Positions 62,101-64,000 of a DNA stretch of 64,000 nt are shown in pieces; positions within the stretch are counted from its first letter, which is position 1, and every line of letters begins with the position of its first letter. The position numbers were made by a program, and so were the translations under genes. The DNA is taken from contig JAPETS010000039.1 of assembly GCA_026023565.1 (NCBI GenBank), positions 1-64,000 on the forward strand, read 5' to 3'. This stretch comes from Cirrosporium novae-zelandiae. Lineage: Eukaryota. A model generated the notes under the pieces. It did not search any database and was not told the DNA's origin. It worked only from the letters and a program-made list of their open reading frames with translations.

Positions 62101-63574
62101 GATACCTCTAAAACGTAGCCACGAGCCTCGTGTTGAATCGATTTAGGACATGAAAATTATTGCATTTCTCCCAGGTCGGCTACAGCACGTTACCTTATGT
62201 GTTACTGGGTGTATCATAAATCTTGGTTGGCAAGATTCAGGAACGCCAGGTGGAAAGCTGCATTTGGCAGTGAAATTATTCAATTCTCAATTGTCATGGC
62301 GTGACTTGAGTTAAGCCTTGCGGAAGCATATTCTCCTAACAGGTCGATGAGGCATCTGTCTAAATATCGAATATTCAGACCGACGAATATGACCATAGTT
62401 GCTCCATTATATGGCATTCACTCTCACCTAACCCATAACAGAGCAGAACAACAGCATTCCTGTCTTCAAGATGCACTCGCGATACACTCACGATACACAG
62501 ATTTAATTCTTCTATCCAATGAGAGGCCTTACCGTTGTCGCTATGACTTGAATCGTGAAAATAGGCTTGAAATACTAGCGCAACTTACCGGGGCCCATGA
62601 CTGGAGAAGCTATCGTCAGTTGACTTGGAAGCCTAAGCCTTTTGCAGGAATCAACCCCAGTCCTACAGAAGATTAAACGCATGCAGATTAATTTAGAAAC
62701 ATTTTAGTTCCATCTGATGAATGAGAAAGAAGCAGATTGGTGGTAGTTGTTACACAACATGGCTGATTCTCCGTACAGAAAATTCAACCATTTTCGTCTT
62801 CAGCCACTTTAATACCCAAAGTTTCTCCAACGTGGTTAGAAAGACCATGGATATATAACGGAATCATGTTATCAAGTTCAAGGTTCCCCGCATCTTACTA
62901 TACTGCAGCCTCCCACCTTTGGGCCTCTTCGCAAACTTTTAAGATTTGTGGCTTTTGAAGAAAATCATCCTCACCAATAAAATTTCATTACCTTTTGCTT
63001 GTTCCATGTCGGCGATCAGGCTTACAGGATAACTATGGGGTTCTAGTTCTATCATATCATCTTCACAGCTACCATCTTACCAAAACAAGAGGTATGAGGC
63101 AATCATCATCTGCACAATCTTACTGTGCTAGTTCTGCCGTGCTCTTGATCGTGTCTCATTCATAGCATATGCATTTAACTTCCCATTTCAATTGTCTAGT
63201 TTATCGAGTATGCTAGCATTTAGATCCTTTCCGATATGATGTCCTTGATTTCAGATAATTATGTTTTTCAATATTCCTCCGCATTCGTCCTACACATAGC
63301 ATATTCATTACAACTTAGGTCCCTGACTAGCGCAGGGGATCACCTATCCCGCCATGAATTGTTATTACTCCCGAAATTCAATACCGAAGATGTCTTGCTG
63401 TAATGTTGAATCGAGCAAGTTGTACTACATTTTGTAGTTCTAATCCTCTTTCCACTATTCTATAGCACTGGGTGGATCGGTTCCGCCAGTATTCCATGGC
63501 TACGGACACTCCGATCCCTTCAGTTTTCTTCTTCGTGCCCATCTCATCATGATTCTCAGTCTAGGGAAAGGAAG

Positions 63575-63580
63575 TATAAA
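63575..63580 (+). promoter_or_regulatory. Candidate TATA box
   Basis: TATAAA about 130 nt upstream of ATG 63707. Confidence 0.45.
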
Positions 63581-63706
63581 GCTTGGTCTATCTCCCATGG
63601 TTCTCACTCTCCTCATCGGATCATCCATCATCTCCACCATCCATAGCCAGGACAAGATTCATTCCCAAATTTTATCAGAACTTTATTTGTTCTTTATACC
63701 ATTAAG

Positions 63707-64000
63707 ATGTTCTCTCTCAACGTCCTTCCAATCGCCTTTTTGGGTTTGAGGTAGTCCTTACATCTTCTCCCTTGCATTCCAAGGGGCTAACACGCTAGCA
63801 GCCTTGTCTCCGCCAACCCGATCCCTGAGGCCCAACCAGGTGAAACCTACAGCGCTTACTTGGGCTCCACAACCGGAAGCAGCTGGGGAACAACCTCATC
63901 TGGCTGTGGCGCGGCTACTGTGACCATCCCCACTACAATCTTTTCAACGGTCACCCCAGAATCTTCCCCGATCAGCGGTCTTCAGACCTGCTCGGGATCG
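63707..64000 (+). CDS. 5' part of a secreted Ser/Thr-rich protein, truncated by the window end; not in ORF track
   Basis: Exon 63707-63750, intron 63751-63798 (GTAGTC...GCTAAC...TAG), exon 63799 onward. Translates to MFSLNVLPIAFLGLSSLVSANPIPEAQPGETYSAYLGSTTGSSWG... Confidence 0.75.

Overview
This is eukaryotic DNA from a filamentous ascomycete (Pezizomycotina, inferred from short GT-AG introns with CTRAC-type branch sites and the gene content). I found no rRNA, convincing tRNA or CRISPR array. About 16 protein-coding genes can be modelled by hand. Recognisable genes: glycyl-tRNA synthetase, UBC1-type E2, proteasome Rpt2, alpha-actinin, an aldo-keto reductase, a CE8 pectin methylesterase, a PhyH-family dioxygenase and a promethin/LDAF1-like protein. 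Two secreted proteins are missing from the supplied ORF track. Three loci look like possible innate-immunity or cell-death components: (1) a ~2288-aa ZNFX1-like SF1 helicase fused to Cys/His fingers and three tandem CbbX/SpoVK-type AAA+ domains (25170-32540); (2) a tail-anchored caspase-like (C14) protease directly upstream of a DUF6594-type membrane protein (14230-19311); (3) a protein with a HeLo-like N-terminus. Transposon traces include a 403-bp TIR element inside an intron, a foldback inside an intron of the helicase gene, and a decayed element whose terminal motif recurs 30 kb away with RIP-like changes. All domain names come from motif recognition by eye, not from database searches.
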